Assembly: GCA_951406725.2 (NCBI GenBank)
Contig: OX597840.1
Location: 35,898,001-35,962,000 of the forward strand
Direction of reading: 5' to 3'
Source: Octopus vulgaris
Lineage: Eukaryota
DNA: 64,000 nucleotides
This document shows, piece after piece, positions 1-16,016 of this stretch (positions within the stretch are counted from its first letter, which is position 1; every line of letters starts with the position of its first letter). The translations under genes were made by a program, and so were the position numbers. The notes below the pieces were generated by a model. It worked only from the letters and a program-made list of their open reading frames with translations, did not search any database and was not told the DNA's origin.

Positions 1-149
1 GATATTTCCGCGGTGTTGTTTTGCGCGTTGTAGTGTTTTCTGCTTTGTAGGTATTGACGCTTACATTACAGGACATATTAACTAACGCAAATCTCTTTCG
101 CATATCTGATGACAAACTAGATAAGTACCCGCTTTTCACGAATCAGTTC

Positions 150-445
150 TTAAATTCCTTATCAATAACATACTACGAAAGCTTTTACAATTTCTCCTCT
201 AATAAAGACGTCTTTAAGAAGGCACCTACTTAACACAATAATGATTTCGAAGCAAGCAGATTCGAGGAAAGATTACAGAATTACCATCCTTTGCAAATCA
301 GAAAAGCTACGTTGAAAGATATTACGGTTTATTCATACATCTTGTTTTACAGATTAAGTGTTACGTAATCTAAATTGTTGAACACTTCCCAACTAACCAC
401 AAGTACAAACATATTTTTAATGCAATACCAGTTGCACTAACAACG
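150..445 (+). mobile_element. Degraded Penelope-like element RT thumb/linker fragment
   Basis: Manual translation gives SSNKDVFKKAPT*HNNDFEASRFEERL (from 195) and IVEHFPTNHKYKHIFN (from 374). These match the PLE SSN..F..A and HFP..H...IFN motifs; stops and frameshifts are present. Confidence 0.7.
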
Positions 446-598
446 TGAATAACATTATGTACCAGAAAAATCCTTACATAACTGTGACCGATTAATTGTA
501 CAGGCATATTAAGTACATACCGAATATGTGACTTCTACAATAGCCCTCTGCCAACCATGCCAACCAGAGAATTAATTAGGTGCAATCTGTAGAAGTTG

Positions 599-670
<72 letters not shown>

Positions 671-672
<2 letters not shown>

Positions 673-1011
673 TCAATAATAAATGGGTAAAATTAATTAT
701 TAATTAATTTTACCAAGTAGTGTTCAGTATGTAAAAATACCTTTTACGGTATATTTAAAACATTACGTTATATAATTAGGGTTCAGTAAAATAATTTACT
801 TTACCACACACCGAACTTTTAGAAATAGCAGCCAAAAAACCTTAGCTATTTCTTCTACTGTAAGAAAAGACTCCCAGACAATGTATACTCAAAAATATAT
901 TATTTTTGAGTATACATTGTCGTGGAGACTTTTTTTTTGGCTGCTATTTCTAAACGTTCGGTGTATGGTAAAGTAAATTATTTTACTGAACCCTAATTAT
1001 ATAACGTAATG

Positions 1012-1013
<2 letters not shown>
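671..1013. mobile_element. Fold-back (inverted-repeat) insertion between (TA)n tracts, probably a PLE-type terminal fragment
   Basis: Outer arms 759-839 and 933-1013; perfect 21-bp inner arms 877-897 and 901-921. Homologous sequence recurs at ~62750-62840 and ~63090-63200. Confidence 0.65.
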
Positions 1014-1074
<61 letters not shown>

Positions 1075-1315
1075 TATATATATATATGTATATATGTGTA
1101 TAATAAAAGAATATATATATATACATTTATATTCTTTCATTCTTTTCTTTGTTTCAGTCATTTGACTGCGGCCATGCTGCAGCACCATACAACTATGCTC
1201 TCAGAGCTATTTCTACTTCGGTGAACCAGTATGCTACAATTGACATATCATACGAAAATTGAACTCCAAAGATTCATCCCTTAAATGGTTGTCTAACCTC
1301 TAACACCTATATACT

Positions 1316-2030
<715 letters not shown>

Positions 2031-2255
2031 GAGTGTGTGAATGTGTGTTTATGCATATGTGTGTGTCTTTGCGCTCCCAACCGGATGACAACCGATTTTG
2101 CTTCGTTCACATCACTTAGTTCTTTAAAAATTACACATAGTATAGGTGCCAAGTTTAAGAAACAAGATCTAGGTTCGAATTACGACACTAAAATCTTCAA
2201 CATGGTGCCCCAACTTTGCTGCAGTCCAATGGCGAAAATAAGAAAACGATAAAAG

Positions 2256-2304
<49 letters not shown>

Positions 2305-2379
2305 CATATATTTATATATAAGTGTGTATATATGCATACACACACAAATATAATTCCAGAACATAGCACTGTATATTAG

Positions 2380-2722
<343 letters not shown>

Positions 2723-2879
2723 TGTGTCAGATATAAAGCTTGATTGTCTTTAAACGAAATAAAACTACAATGAAACGTTGTAAAACAAGCTGGCAAGCCA
2801 TCACGGAACAATGAAATTATAGAGAGTTTGGTAGGATTCTTTTATGTCACTAATCTACAAAGCCAAAAATATTGTGTAA

Positions 2880-2898
2880 TCTCTATATAAGTATGTAA

Positions 2899-2937
<39 letters not shown>

Positions 2938-2966
2938 CATACATACATACATACATACATAGATAC

Positions 2967-3016
<50 letters not shown>

Positions 3017-3058
3017 GTCTATGGATGTATATATATATATTGATGCATATATGAATGC

Positions 3059-3089
<31 letters not shown>

Positions 3090-3562
3090 ACTACAAAGAT
3101 ATGTACGCATATATGCATATATATGTACCTGGGCAGATATATAAGCATAGATACAGACATATATGTATGTATATATATACAAATATATCTATGCATATGT
3201 ATATATATATATATATAGATGTATATATATATACATATATATATATGTAAGTGTATGTATATATATATACACATCTATATATGTATATATATACACATAT
3301 ATATATATGTATGTATATATATACACACACATATATGTATGTATTCATAGATATATTTATAAAATTACCTATATGTATGATTGTACATATGTATATATGT
3401 ATGTGTGTGTACACATATATATGTACATAGATAGATACATAAACATATAGATACATAGATGTATGCATACATATATGTGTGTAGATATACATATCTATAT
3501 TGTGTATGTTTTTATATACGCATACATATATTTATATATATATGACTAAATATATAAGACTT

Positions 3563-3606
<44 letters not shown>

Positions 3607-3774
3607 CCCTTATATATATATTTATATACATCATTGTACATAGACACACAGAGAAATGCACACATACACAAACACACACACACACATATATATATATACA
3701 GACACACATACACACGCATATTTAGATATGTCTATATTGTTTCGTATTGACAGGTGGAGGCTGGTGTGTCAGTA

Positions 3775-3828
<54 letters not shown>

Positions 3829-3840
3829 TGTGTGTATCTG
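2880..3840. repeat. Degenerate (TA)n/(CA)n/(TG)n low-complexity block
   Basis: Directly visible. Similar blocks lie at ~6340-8450, 14090-16130, 26040-26870, 28970-29630, 31940-32890, 39690-40230, 47480-49880 and 57950-58500. Confidence 0.9.
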
Positions 3841-4199
3841 TGTGGCTGAGTGTACCAGTGTCAGACAAATGACAATGGAAGACTGTAAATGATGTTGTTG
3901 ATCATATGAACGAATGTTGTTGCTTTTTTTTTACCTATCAAAAAAAAAAAAAAAAAAAAAGGAAAAAGAAATGAAAAAGAAATTTTCAGAAACCGCAATA
4001 TATTTTATATTTACCATTGAGAAACGCAAAAATATGAGAGGAAACAAAGGGGAAAAAAAGTACAAGGCTTTCATATAGGCGATTGTTGATACAGTTAATG
4101 AGGAGTGGAAAGGTTAATTATGAAATTAGACGTCACTTTATATAATTTTAATTTGTCTGCTGAAGGTTTTGTGTCTATTTTGTTATTTTTTTTGCCGAC

Positions 4200-4545
4200 C
4201 TCTCCTTTTCTGAGGATCAAATTACGTGAGATAGTGTATTACTCTCCTATCCTCCTGCAATTCTAGAGTTCAGTTCAGCCTCTGCTTTCCATCACATGCG
4301 AATACGGCCGTCCCGAGATATTCAAACGTCTCCACATGTCTCAGGAATGCTCCGTTAACCTGCAGGATGCACTGCGAAAACGTTTCCGAGGGCACCGATG
4401 TCTCAGTCGTCGCATCGTTTGTTCTTATCCCTGCCTTCAATCATCCGGCAACGAACCGATTCCGAGTATGCAGGAGGTCGCCTTTTGACGAGCCAAGGAG
4501 CACCATCTCGTCTACAAATATCAACCGACCGAAGCCACACCAATC
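4200..4545 (-). mobile_element. Degraded RTE-clade LINE reverse transcriptase fragment
   Basis: Minus strand reads LIFVDEMVLLGSSKGDL...CILQVNGAFLRHVETFEYLG, a decayed FADD and V..F.YLG RT region with an in-frame stop. Confidence 0.75.
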
Positions 4546-4735
4546 GACTGTAATACAACACCTTTCTAATGATTAGTAGGTAAGCTGTAGTTTGTTACGC
4601 AATCATAATATACTACGAAATATATTAAACATTTTTATAAGTCAGCACCACGTTCTACTGTGTTAGCAGTGCTCCTTCACATTGCTTGGTAAGGTAATCT
4701 CTACAGATATTCTATAGCGATTATAGCCAGCACTA

Positions 4736-5378
4736 GGCATAAGAGTGGCTGTGTGGTAAGAAGCTTGCTTACCAACTACATGGTTCCGAGTTCAGTCCCA
4801 CTGCGTGGCAACTTGGGCAACTGTCTTCTACTATAACCATGGGCCGACCAAAGCCTTGTGAGGCGATTTGGTTGACAGAAACTGAAAGAAGCCCGTTGTA
4901 TATATATGTATACATATATATAAAAAATTAGAAAAAACCACCTTTTATCAATTCAAAATGAACAATTAAATTATACCATCTAGAAAATTACTTATAATAG
5001 AAAAGTTGAAATTAAAATAACAATAAAATGTAAAGATTAAGTAAAGATTTAGTATTTCTAAATTGAATTTTTTTCCTTGTAAGTTTGGATTTTATTCCCT
5101 CAAATAATAATAATGTATACATATATATATTTATGTGTGTGTGTGTGTGTATATATATATGTTTGCGTGTCTGTGTTTGTCCCCCCAACATCGCTTGACA
5201 ACCGATGCTGGTGTGTTTACGTCCCAGTAACTTATCGGTTCGGCAAAATAGACCGATAGAATTAGTACCAGGCTTACAAAGAATAAGTCCTGGGGTCGAT
5301 TTGCTCGACTAAAGGCGGTGCTCCAGCATGGCCACAGTCAAATGACTGAAACAAGTAAAAGAGTAAAAGAGTAAAAAG
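4736..5378 (+). mobile_element. SINE family A (tRNA-derived, CORE-like), with a nested insertion in its internal microsatellite
   Basis: A-box TGGCTGTGTGG, B-box GAGTTCAGTCCC, CORE-like CTTGGGCAA, shared 3' tail CAGCATGGCC.CAGTCAAATGACTGAAACAAGTAAAAGA. Many near-identical copies occur in the window. Confidence 0.85.
4921..5115 (-). mobile_element. Internally deleted copy of the PLE-terminus-like element at 49878-50235
   Basis: Reverse complement matches both ends of 49878-50235 but lacks the central hammerhead-containing part. It sits in the (TA)n of a SINE. Confidence 0.7.
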
Positions 5379-5651
5379 ACTGGTTCTGTTACAAGGTCTC
5401 GTATCCCAGACGCCTGATGTAAACAAATAATGAGATCAAAGATGAAAAATGGGTATACATGCTACATTTCAGGGGATTTTTCTCCTTCATCCGCTCCTAT
5501 CCAATCCATTTTTCATCCACAAAAGACGAACGCAGGCGATGGAACAACAAGCACTTGTATTACTTTGACGCTCGAGAAAAATGGAAAAGTGTTTGACGTT
5601 TCAAACCTTCGCTCTCTGACTGAAAAAATTTTTAGGAAAAAAATAGACAGA

Positions 5652-6050
5652 GGCGCAGGAGTGGCTGTGTGGTGAGCAGCTTGCTTACCAACCACATGGT
5701 TCCGGGTTCAATCCCACTGCGTGGCATCTTGGGCAAGTGTCTTCTGCTATAGCCCCGGGCCGACCAATGCTTTGTGAGTGGATTTGGTAGACGGAAACTG
5801 AAAGAAGCCTGTCGTATATGTGTATATATATGTATGTGTGTGTGTATGTTTGTGTGTCTGTGTTTCTCCCCCTAGCATTGCTTGACATCTGATGCTGGCG
5901 TGTTTACGTCCCCGTCACTTAGCGGTTCGGCAAAAGAGACCGATAGAATAAGTACTGGGCTTACAAAGAATAAGTCCCGGAGTCGATTTGCTCGACTAAA
6001 GGCGGTGCTCCGGCATGGCCGCAGTCAAATGACTGAAACAAGTAAAAGGG
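5652..6050 (+). mobile_element. SINE family A, full length
   Basis: Same head, core and tail as 4736-5378. Confidence 0.9.
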
Positions 6051-6506
6051 TAACGGAAAAAAAAGTAACTGAGAGAGGAAAAAATATGTAGGGATCAACG
6101 GTTGAACATGATGAAAAGACCGGAAGTAAGAGGCTGAGCAAAGGGGAGACAATAACGGTGACCCAGCTGGACTAGTGCGCGCGCGTGTACATCAGGATTG
6201 TGTGTACGAATAGGGGCGCGTGCATGCGAATATGTAAATGGACGAGGTTAAAATTATGTGGTGTGTGTGAGCGTATGGGAGTGTGTGTGTGCATAAGCAA
6301 ACCAGGGCGTGTGTTGTGTCGAGTGATGTGTTCTGTGCATTTATGTATGTGTGTGTTTGTGTATAGATATATGTAAGTATATATATATATCCATGTGTGT
6401 GTATATATATGTATGTATGTGTGTGTGTGTATATATATAATATATCAATATATCTATCTATATCTATCTATCTATGTATATGTATGTGTGTATATATATG
6501 TGTATG

Positions 6507-6615
<109 letters not shown>

Positions 6616-6662
6616 ATATATATATATATATATATAATACATACATACATACACACGAGCTT

Positions 6663-6693
<31 letters not shown>

Positions 6694-7152
6694 ACGTAAC
6701 GGCAATGTGCAAATAAGTAAATTAGCTACACACCACACGTATATTCTTCCAGAACAAAATAAAATAAAAGAAAAAAGAAAATGAAGAAAAGACAAAAAAA
6801 AAAAAACAACAATATCCTATTTCAACACCTCATTAGTGAAGGATAAACCTAAATTTCATCATATTCTTTGGCACTGCTAACAATTTCAACACCATCGCAG
6901 ACTCACGCGAACACACACGGGGCCGGACGAAGACGGCGGCGCTCACACCGCCACGTATACTCACATACGCGGACAAGGGGTACGGTTATGGAGCTCTTCT
7001 TCTCTCTCTCTTACACACACACACAAAGACAAATGAATTAGTAATACTCATTAGTAAACTACCTGTCGTAGTTGTATTAGTTTTCGAAAAACTTAAAATG
7101 TAAATAAATTCTCTAGGTAATTGTCCATACATATACATACATTCACTCGTAT

Positions 7153-7225
<73 letters not shown>

Positions 7226-7453
7226 CATATATATACATATATTTACATATATATATATATATATCTTTATATGTATATATGTATATATGTATACATATAT
7301 ATATACATATATGTATATATATATATATGTGTGTGTGTATATACGTACACACATACACACACACGCACACATACATGTGGCTGTTTGTACGTGTGTATGC
7401 TTTTACATTCACATATAAGCAGAAGCATATATACACATATACATACATATACA

Positions 7454-7503
<50 letters not shown>

Positions 7504-7510
7504 TATATAA

Positions 7511-7550
<40 letters not shown>

Positions 7551-8223
7551 TTATATATACATATGTACATATGTATATATACCTACATACACACACACAC
7601 ATATATACATATATATACACATGCATTCATACTTACATGTAATATATATATATGTATATATATATTGACAAGTACGCTCACACACTCACACATACACACA
7701 TAAACGCACACACGTTTCTGTCCCTTCGTGTTTCTATCCTCATCCGCAAAGTGTGTGTCTTCTCTCTTCACACCACTTCCATGTGAAACTCCAGAGAATC
7801 TTCAAGTCATAGAATAAAAAAAAAAAACAAAAACAAAACAAAATTGAATGACGAATGAAAAAAGAAGAAAAATAAAAAATGCAATAAAACACGGCAAAGA
7901 ATTTTGAAGAAGAATATTTCATGACATATATTGGAAAAATAATAGCGTTTCTCATTTGTATTAAGGCCCGTACGAATATACATACATGCATACATACATA
8001 CACACATACATGCATGCATACATACATATACATACATATCTACGTAGATACATATCTACGTACGTACATACATACATACATACATACATACACACACATA
8101 CATACATATATACATACATATCTACGTACGTACATACATACATACATACATACATTACATACATACATATATACATACATACATATATACATACATACAT
8201 GCATACATACATACATACATACA

Positions 8224-8266
<43 letters not shown>

Positions 8267-8278
8267 ACAATATATATT

Positions 8279-8309
<31 letters not shown>

Positions 8310-8354
8310 ATATATGTATATATATACATAATATATATTAATATACATACATAC

Positions 8355-8399
<45 letters not shown>

Positions 8400-8406
8400 T
8401 ACGTAC

Positions 8407-8439
<33 letters not shown>

Positions 8440-8850
8440 CACATACTTAATCATATATGATATCTGCTTCTTCATATCAGTTGATAGCCTTCTTATCCAA
8501 TTTTTAACCAGTCTTGTTAAGTATCGTATGCTGTGAGGTGAATGTAAAGAGCTTTGGATAATTTACAATGTCTAAGCTAAAATTGATGTCTTTCCGTTGG
8601 AATTATCCATTACATATGTGTGATGACTTTTCAGTTAAGATGTCTTCGCAGTTGAGTTTCGGCCATGCGTACTTTACAAGCAGTTCTTTATTTATCTCAC
8701 ATTTATTTCCAAGAACTATAATAGCATAATGTTTTGGACGACTCTTTGCTCCCTCAGTTGGTGTTAATAAAGACAGATTCACGATTTCTCGCACAAACTG
8801 TTGTAGTCAATTGTAAGTGTGCATGTATATGCATGTATCTCTCTCTTTTC

Positions 8851-8933
<83 letters not shown>

Positions 8934-9813
8934 GGTAGGCGAATAAGGAAACTAAGTGAAGGCTATTACGTGTAACAAAATATATTTTTGTCTTAGTGAA
9001 TTGGTGAAAATACATCTGACAGGCAATAATGGGAAATGTATTAGGGTAGAAAGGTTTTAAAAAGCTAGGAAATACATTTCTGCACCTACAAGTCGATTCC
9101 ATCCTGAAGAATCGGCAATTAACAATTAAATGTGGATAAAGATGCACATTTTTGCAGTGTGCATTAGTTAATTGCAGGAGAAACACGAGTAGGCGAAGAA
9201 ATGAAAAGAAGCAAATAACTGCTGAATAAATCTGCATATAAATCTCTGTTCGGAAAAAAGAAACAGATTAAATAAGTATCAAGCTTTAAAAAGAAAAGCA
9301 TAATGTTCGACAAAAACACTTCAACGCGGTGCCCCAGCATGGCCGCAGTCCAATGACTGAAACAAATGAAAGATTGGTGGTAAAAGGCTAAAAGATAAAC
9401 AATCTGAACCCCACAGAAACTAGCGATCGTCTGCGCCTGCGCCTGCACCAATTGTTCAATTGAAGAATTCAAAAGGAGAATTCGATGAATCCAATTGCCA
9501 ATGGCGAATCTTTATAGCAAATGGACTTATCGAACGTTTTTTAATCAAATTATTTTGAGAAAAAATAAATCATGAACACAACGTTTTAAAAAGAATTGAC
9601 AATAAAGAGTTCAGTGAGTAAACGTCCATTTTGTTGAATGACGAAGTTGTTATTTGTTATTGGCTGACAGAAGCGAAGGCTTGGCTGTGTGGCTTTGGGT
9701 TCAGTTTCACAGCGCGGCATCTTGGGCCAGTGTTTCGTTTGCTATGGTTATAACTTCGTGCCGACCAATGACTCGTGAGTAGATTTGTAGATGGACATTG
9801 TGTAGCAGGCCAT

Positions 9814-9865
<52 letters not shown>

Positions 9866-9869
<4 letters not shown>

Positions 9870-10250
9870 GGAATACAAAAAATGGGACAAGAACGCAAAA
9901 TATTCAGACAGTTAGATGATAAAAAAAGGGAAAACAAAACATCGAAACAGATGATACAATAAAGTGAAAACAAGGACGGGTCATTCGGAGTTTTATCTCC
10001 TCAGTCGAGTTCCAGATTATCTTTGCAGTTTCGGCTGGTTATACTCGAGATTGCTCCAATGTGGACAACCACAAGGAAGAACTAAGCTAAGAGTATTAGA
10101 TTCCTTGGAAGAAAGTAGCGAATGTATGCGAAAACAAGGTCGAAAAAAAACCCGGAGAAATGGTACACAAATACAAATGCAAATAACGGGACATTAACAA
10201 CAGGTGTCTTTCGACTAAATACGAATTAGATTAAGCTGGCAAGGGCACAC
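9866..10250 (-). mobile_element. Probable PLE pseudo-LTR-like repeat abutting (TA)n
   Basis: Starts directly at a (TA)n tract; T-rich on the minus strand with a degenerate GCCGAAAC motif. Family assignment is inference. Confidence 0.35.
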
Positions 10251-10524
10251 AAATGTGCCCGCCTGCTAGACATAAGAGTTAAAACCCTTATTAAACCACC
10301 AATAATAGTGCTAATTTAGGCCCGCGATCACTTATTTTATTATTACCGTTATCAATTATTCATAATGCCCTAGATAATAACTAATAATATCTATATAAAT
10401 GTTCACTCCTGAATATTTGCTCTCTCCCCCCTCTCTCTTCCCCTCTCTCTCCCCATATATATGTGTGTGTATGCAGATATAAAGTCCATTCTAGAAGTTT
10501 TGAGACTCTTTCAGGAGACATTTA

Positions 10525-11045
10525 TTACCAGTGCGTAACTGGTACTTAATTTATCGATCGCGAAAGGATGAAAGGATAAAAGGCAAAGTGGACCTCGGCG
10601 GAATTTGAACTTAGAACGTAGCGGCAGACGAAATACCTATTTCTCTACTACCCACAAGAGGCTAAACACAGAGAGGACGAACAAGGAGACAAACGGATTA
10701 AGTCGATTATATCGACCCCAGTGCATAACTGGTACTTATTTAATCGACCCCGAAAGAATGAAAGGCAAAGTCGACCTCGGCGGAATTTGAACTCAGAACG
10801 TAGCGGCAGACGAAATACCTATTTCTTTACTGTCCACAAAAGGCTACACACAGACGGGACAAACAAGGACAGACAAATGGATTAAGTCGATTACATCGAC
10901 CCCAGTGCGTAACTGGTACTTAATTTATCGACCCCGAAAGGATGAAAGGTAAAGTTGACAGGGCGGAATTTGAACTCAGAACATAACGGCAGACGAAATA
11001 AGCATTTCGCCCGGCGTGCTAACATTTCTCCCAGTTCACCGCTTC
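10525..11045 (-). mobile_element. SINE family B (Deu/Nin-domain-like core) with ~3 internal tandem units
   Basis: Reverse complement of CGTTAGCACGCCGGGCGAAATG...GAGTTCAAATTCCGCC...GCCTTTCATCCTTTCGGGGTCGATAAATTAAGTACCAG, with the core repeated in tandem. Confidence 0.85.
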
Positions 11046-11818
11046 CACGCTCGCCGGCTTCCCCGCAGTTTCTGTCAACCAAATTCCCTCACAAGGCATT
11101 GGAGAACCCGGGGCACAAGATTTCTTGCAGTGGTACTGATACCCGATTCCACATGATCGCAAAGCGAGCTTCTCAACCACACAGCCGTTGCCTGCGCTGA
11201 AAGAAGTTTACAAAATGTACGCGTCTAGGAATCGAAACAACACCGAGGAATTCGTCTTTGGCTGGCATTTGCTGCTCGGTCTATTATCAATTAAGAATCA
11301 TGTTGGAAAAAGATACGAAGAAAAAGTTTCTTTGGTGATTAATTGGTAGAGAAAACCATGATATATTGATAAGGAAATTGTGAAAGAGAGCGTAAGATAT
11401 AGAAATGGAGAGATAAAAACAGATACACAAACCTCGTACAAACAGAAGCACAGAGTAACACGTCGCAAGCACACAGATAGGTGCGATATATATACATACG
11501 CAGACACACGTATGCACTTATAGGTGTACATACGTACACATATCTGTACATATACGAATATAAAGAATGCATATATATATATATATATGTTTGTGTGTGT
11601 GCGTGTGTGCATGTATGTGAGCGTGTGTATACATATATTGTATTACTAAATTACAGAAAACATATCAAATATCATGCTTTATATAATATAAATGTACAGT
11701 AATATATACACACACATACACACGTATGTATATATGTACATATCAATATAGACCTATGTGAATATGTATATAAACGTATCTATATGTATACACACACATA
11801 AATGATTATACACACATA

Positions 11819-11870
<52 letters not shown>

Positions 11871-12139
11871 CAGACATAGACATACACATGGATATTTATT
11901 TATTTATGCTCACATCCACATATTCTTCGCTCTTTCACACACAGACACAAATAATGATACATACACAAACGCATACAAACAAAAAACAAACTACAATTAC
12001 ACACACAGACACACGCAAATTGAGACAAACTAACACACAAACACAGAAACACACAGACACAAATATCTATCAAATATATAAAGATACGCATACACAAAAA
12101 ATTCGCAAAATCATATTTTCAAATTCGCAAGTAAAAAAA

Positions 12140-14060
12140 ATTCGCAAACACATATTCTCATATTCATAAGCACAACACATTCGCACACACATATTCTGAT
12201 ATTCGCAAGCACAACACATTCGCACACACATATCTCATATTCGGAAGCTCAACACATTCGCACACACATATTCTGATATTCGCAAGCACTGCACATTCGC
12301 ACACGCATATTCTCATATTCGCAAGCACAACACATTCGCACACACATTCGCATACTCGGAAGCTCAACACATTCGCACACACATATTCTGATATTCGCAA
12401 GCACAACACATTCGTACACACATATTGTCATATTCGCAAGCACAACACATTCGCACACACATATTCTCATATTCGCAAGCACAACACATTCGTACACACA
12501 TATTCTGACATTCGCAAGCACAACACATTCGCACACACATATTCTCATATTCGGAAGCAAAACACATTCGCACACACATATTCTCATATTCAGAACAATA
12601 TATTCGCACAAACATATTATCATATTCGCAAGCACAATACATTCGCACACACATATTCTCATATTCAGAACAATATATTCGCACAAACATATTATCATAT
12701 TCGCAAGCACAACATATTCGCACACACATATCTCATATTCGGAAGCACAACACATTCGCACACACATATTCTCATATTCGCAAGCACAACACATTCGCAC
12801 ACACATATTCTCATATTGTCAAGCACAACACATTCGCACACACATATTCTCATATTCGCAAGCACAACACATTCGCACACACATATTCTCATATTGGCAA
12901 GCACAACACATTCGCACACACATATTCTCATATTCGCAAGCACAACACATTCGCACACATATTCTCATATTCGCAAGCACAACACATTCGCACACACATA
13001 TTCTCATATTGGCAAGCACAACACATTCGCACACACATATCTCATATTCGCAAGCACAACACATTCGCACACATATTCTCATATTCGCAAGCACAACACA
13101 TTCGCACACACATATTCTCATATTCAGAACAACACATTCGCACACACATATTCTCATATTCGCAAGCACAACACATTCGCACACACATATTCTCATATTC
13201 GCAAGCACAACACATTCGCACACACATATTCTCATATTCGCAAGCACAACACATTCGCACACACATATTCTCATATTCGGAAGCACAACACATTCGCACA
13301 CACATATTCTCATATTCGGAAGCACAACACATTCGCACACACAAATTCTCATATTCAGAACAACATATTCGCACACACATATTCTCATATTCGCAAGCAC
13401 AATACATTCGCACACACATATTCTCATATTCGCAAGCACAACACATTCGCACACACATATTCTCATATTGGCAAGCACAACACATTCGCACACACATATC
13501 TCATATTCGCAAGCACAACACATTCGCACACACATATTCTCATATTCGCAAGCACAACACATTCGCACACACATATTCTCATATTGGCAAGCACAACACA
13601 TTCGCACACACATATTCTCATATTCGCAAGCACAACACATTCGCACACACATATTCTCATATTCGGAAGCACAACACATTCGCACACATATTCTCATATT
13701 CGCAAGCACAACACATTCGCACACACATATTCTCATATTGGCAAGCACAACACATTCGCACACACATATCTCATATTCGCAAGCACAATACATTCGCACA
13801 CACATATTCTCATATTCGCAAGCACAACACATTCGCACACACATATTCTCATATTCGCAAGCACAACACATTCGCACACACATATTCTCATATTCGCAAG
13901 CACAACACATTCGCACACACATATCTCATATTCGCAAGCACAACACATTCGCACACATATTCTCATATTCGCAAGCACAACACATTCGCACACACATATT
14001 CTCATATTCGCAAGCACAACACATTCGCACACACATATTCTCATATTCGCAAGCACAACT
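12140..14060. repeat. 39-bp minisatellite (TTCGCACACACATATTCTCATATTCGCAAGCACAACACA)n, roughly 50 units
   Basis: Head-to-tail repeats with 36-37-bp variants; they produce the 13-aa periodic pseudo-ORFs in the track. Confidence 0.95.
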
Positions 14061-14581
14061 TTGTGTGTACTTGTGTGTGTGTTTGTGTATCTGTAAATAT
14101 ATGTTTATATGTACGTGTGTGTGTGTGTATATGTCTGTGTATGGTATTCATGTATATATCATTTTCATATTCGATATATTAAACAAATAGTATTTTTTGC
14201 GTAATTATCGAAGTGTATATAAGTATATAAATATATATACATACGTGCATATACATACATGCATCTATACACACACACGCACAAAGACACACACAAACAT
14301 ACATACCTGTATATGTAGCTGAATATATTCGTGTGATTGATTCTGCGTACGGGTGTAAGTATTTGTATGTGCGCGCGCGTATGAATGGTTGGGTGCTTTC
14401 ATATAGTGATACGTATACTCCTAAACATGAATAAATATGTGTGTATGTGTGTGCATCTGTATATATATGCCTGTCTATATATATATGGTATTCATGTATA
14501 TATTGCAGAGATAGAGAGAGAGAAAGAGAGAGGAAGAGAAAGCATAGATTCATCAAAGCATTAAAGCATAAATTTGTGTGC

Positions 14582-14668
<87 letters not shown>

Positions 14669-14695
14669 GGTATATCTATCTGTCTATCTATCGTA

Positions 14696-14755
<60 letters not shown>

Positions 14756-14805
14756 CGCTTTCGCAAATTTTTTTATATAAATGTATATATATAGAAATAT
14801 GTATA

Positions 14806-14889
<84 letters not shown>

Positions 14890-14916
14890 GGTATATCTAT
14901 CTGTCTATCTATCGTA

Positions 14917-14971
<55 letters not shown>

Positions 14972-15022
14972 GCTTTCGCAATTTTTTTTATATAAATGTA
15001 TATATATAGAAATATGTATATC

Positions 15023-15173
<151 letters not shown>

Positions 15174-15306
15174 ATATATATATGCACATACATATATATA
15201 AACATATATAGATATATACATTTCTATAAAAAATTTTTGCGAAAACGTATATACATATATATACACACACATATATATATATGTATGTATATATAATATT
15301 TATACA

Positions 15307-15390
<84 letters not shown>

Positions 15391-15968
15391 TATATATGTG
15401 TGCCTGTATACACAGGTACCAACATATATGTCTGTACATGTATTTATCTGCGAATTCTTTGACCAGAAATTCTTTGATGGATAATTGACATGGTCTCCTT
15501 GATAAATCTCAGACAGATCGATTCGGCAGATTAAACACACACCAAGGAAACACATACAAGCGCACACACACACACACGTACACATGCACACACATACACA
15601 TAGGCATATATGCACGCAGACGGGAGCCTCCCCCACACGCTCATACGTATACATACACACACCTGTCTGCACAGATACATACCTAGACACATAAATATAT
15701 GTATACATAAACATATATCACAGGCATTTGTCTATATATGTGTATATATATATGTGTGTGTGTATATGTATATATATGTATGTATATGTGTGTATATATG
15801 TATATATGTATATGTATATGTATATATATGTATATATCTATATCTATATGTATGTATGTATGTATCTATCTATCTATCTATCTATATATAATATATAAAT
15901 ATAAATATATTATGTATATATAATATATATATGATATATATATAATGTATTATATATATATAATATAT

Positions 15969-16016
<48 letters not shown>

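Noticed and set aside
5652-5725. tRNA gene calls at SINE heads
   Set aside because: A/B boxes are present, but there is no complete cloverleaf and each head continues into a SINE core and tail.
6010-6045. CAGTCAAATGACTGAAAC in SINE A tails as a hammerhead
   Set aside because: Has a stem plus GAAAC but no upstream CUGANGA; better explained as a LINE-type 3' stem-loop.
12140-14190. Long ORFs (426, 393 and 367 aa) and CRISPR-like periodicity
   Set aside because: Head-to-tail 39-bp minisatellite with no unique spacers and no cas genes. The ORFs stay open only because the unit is a multiple of 3 without stops.
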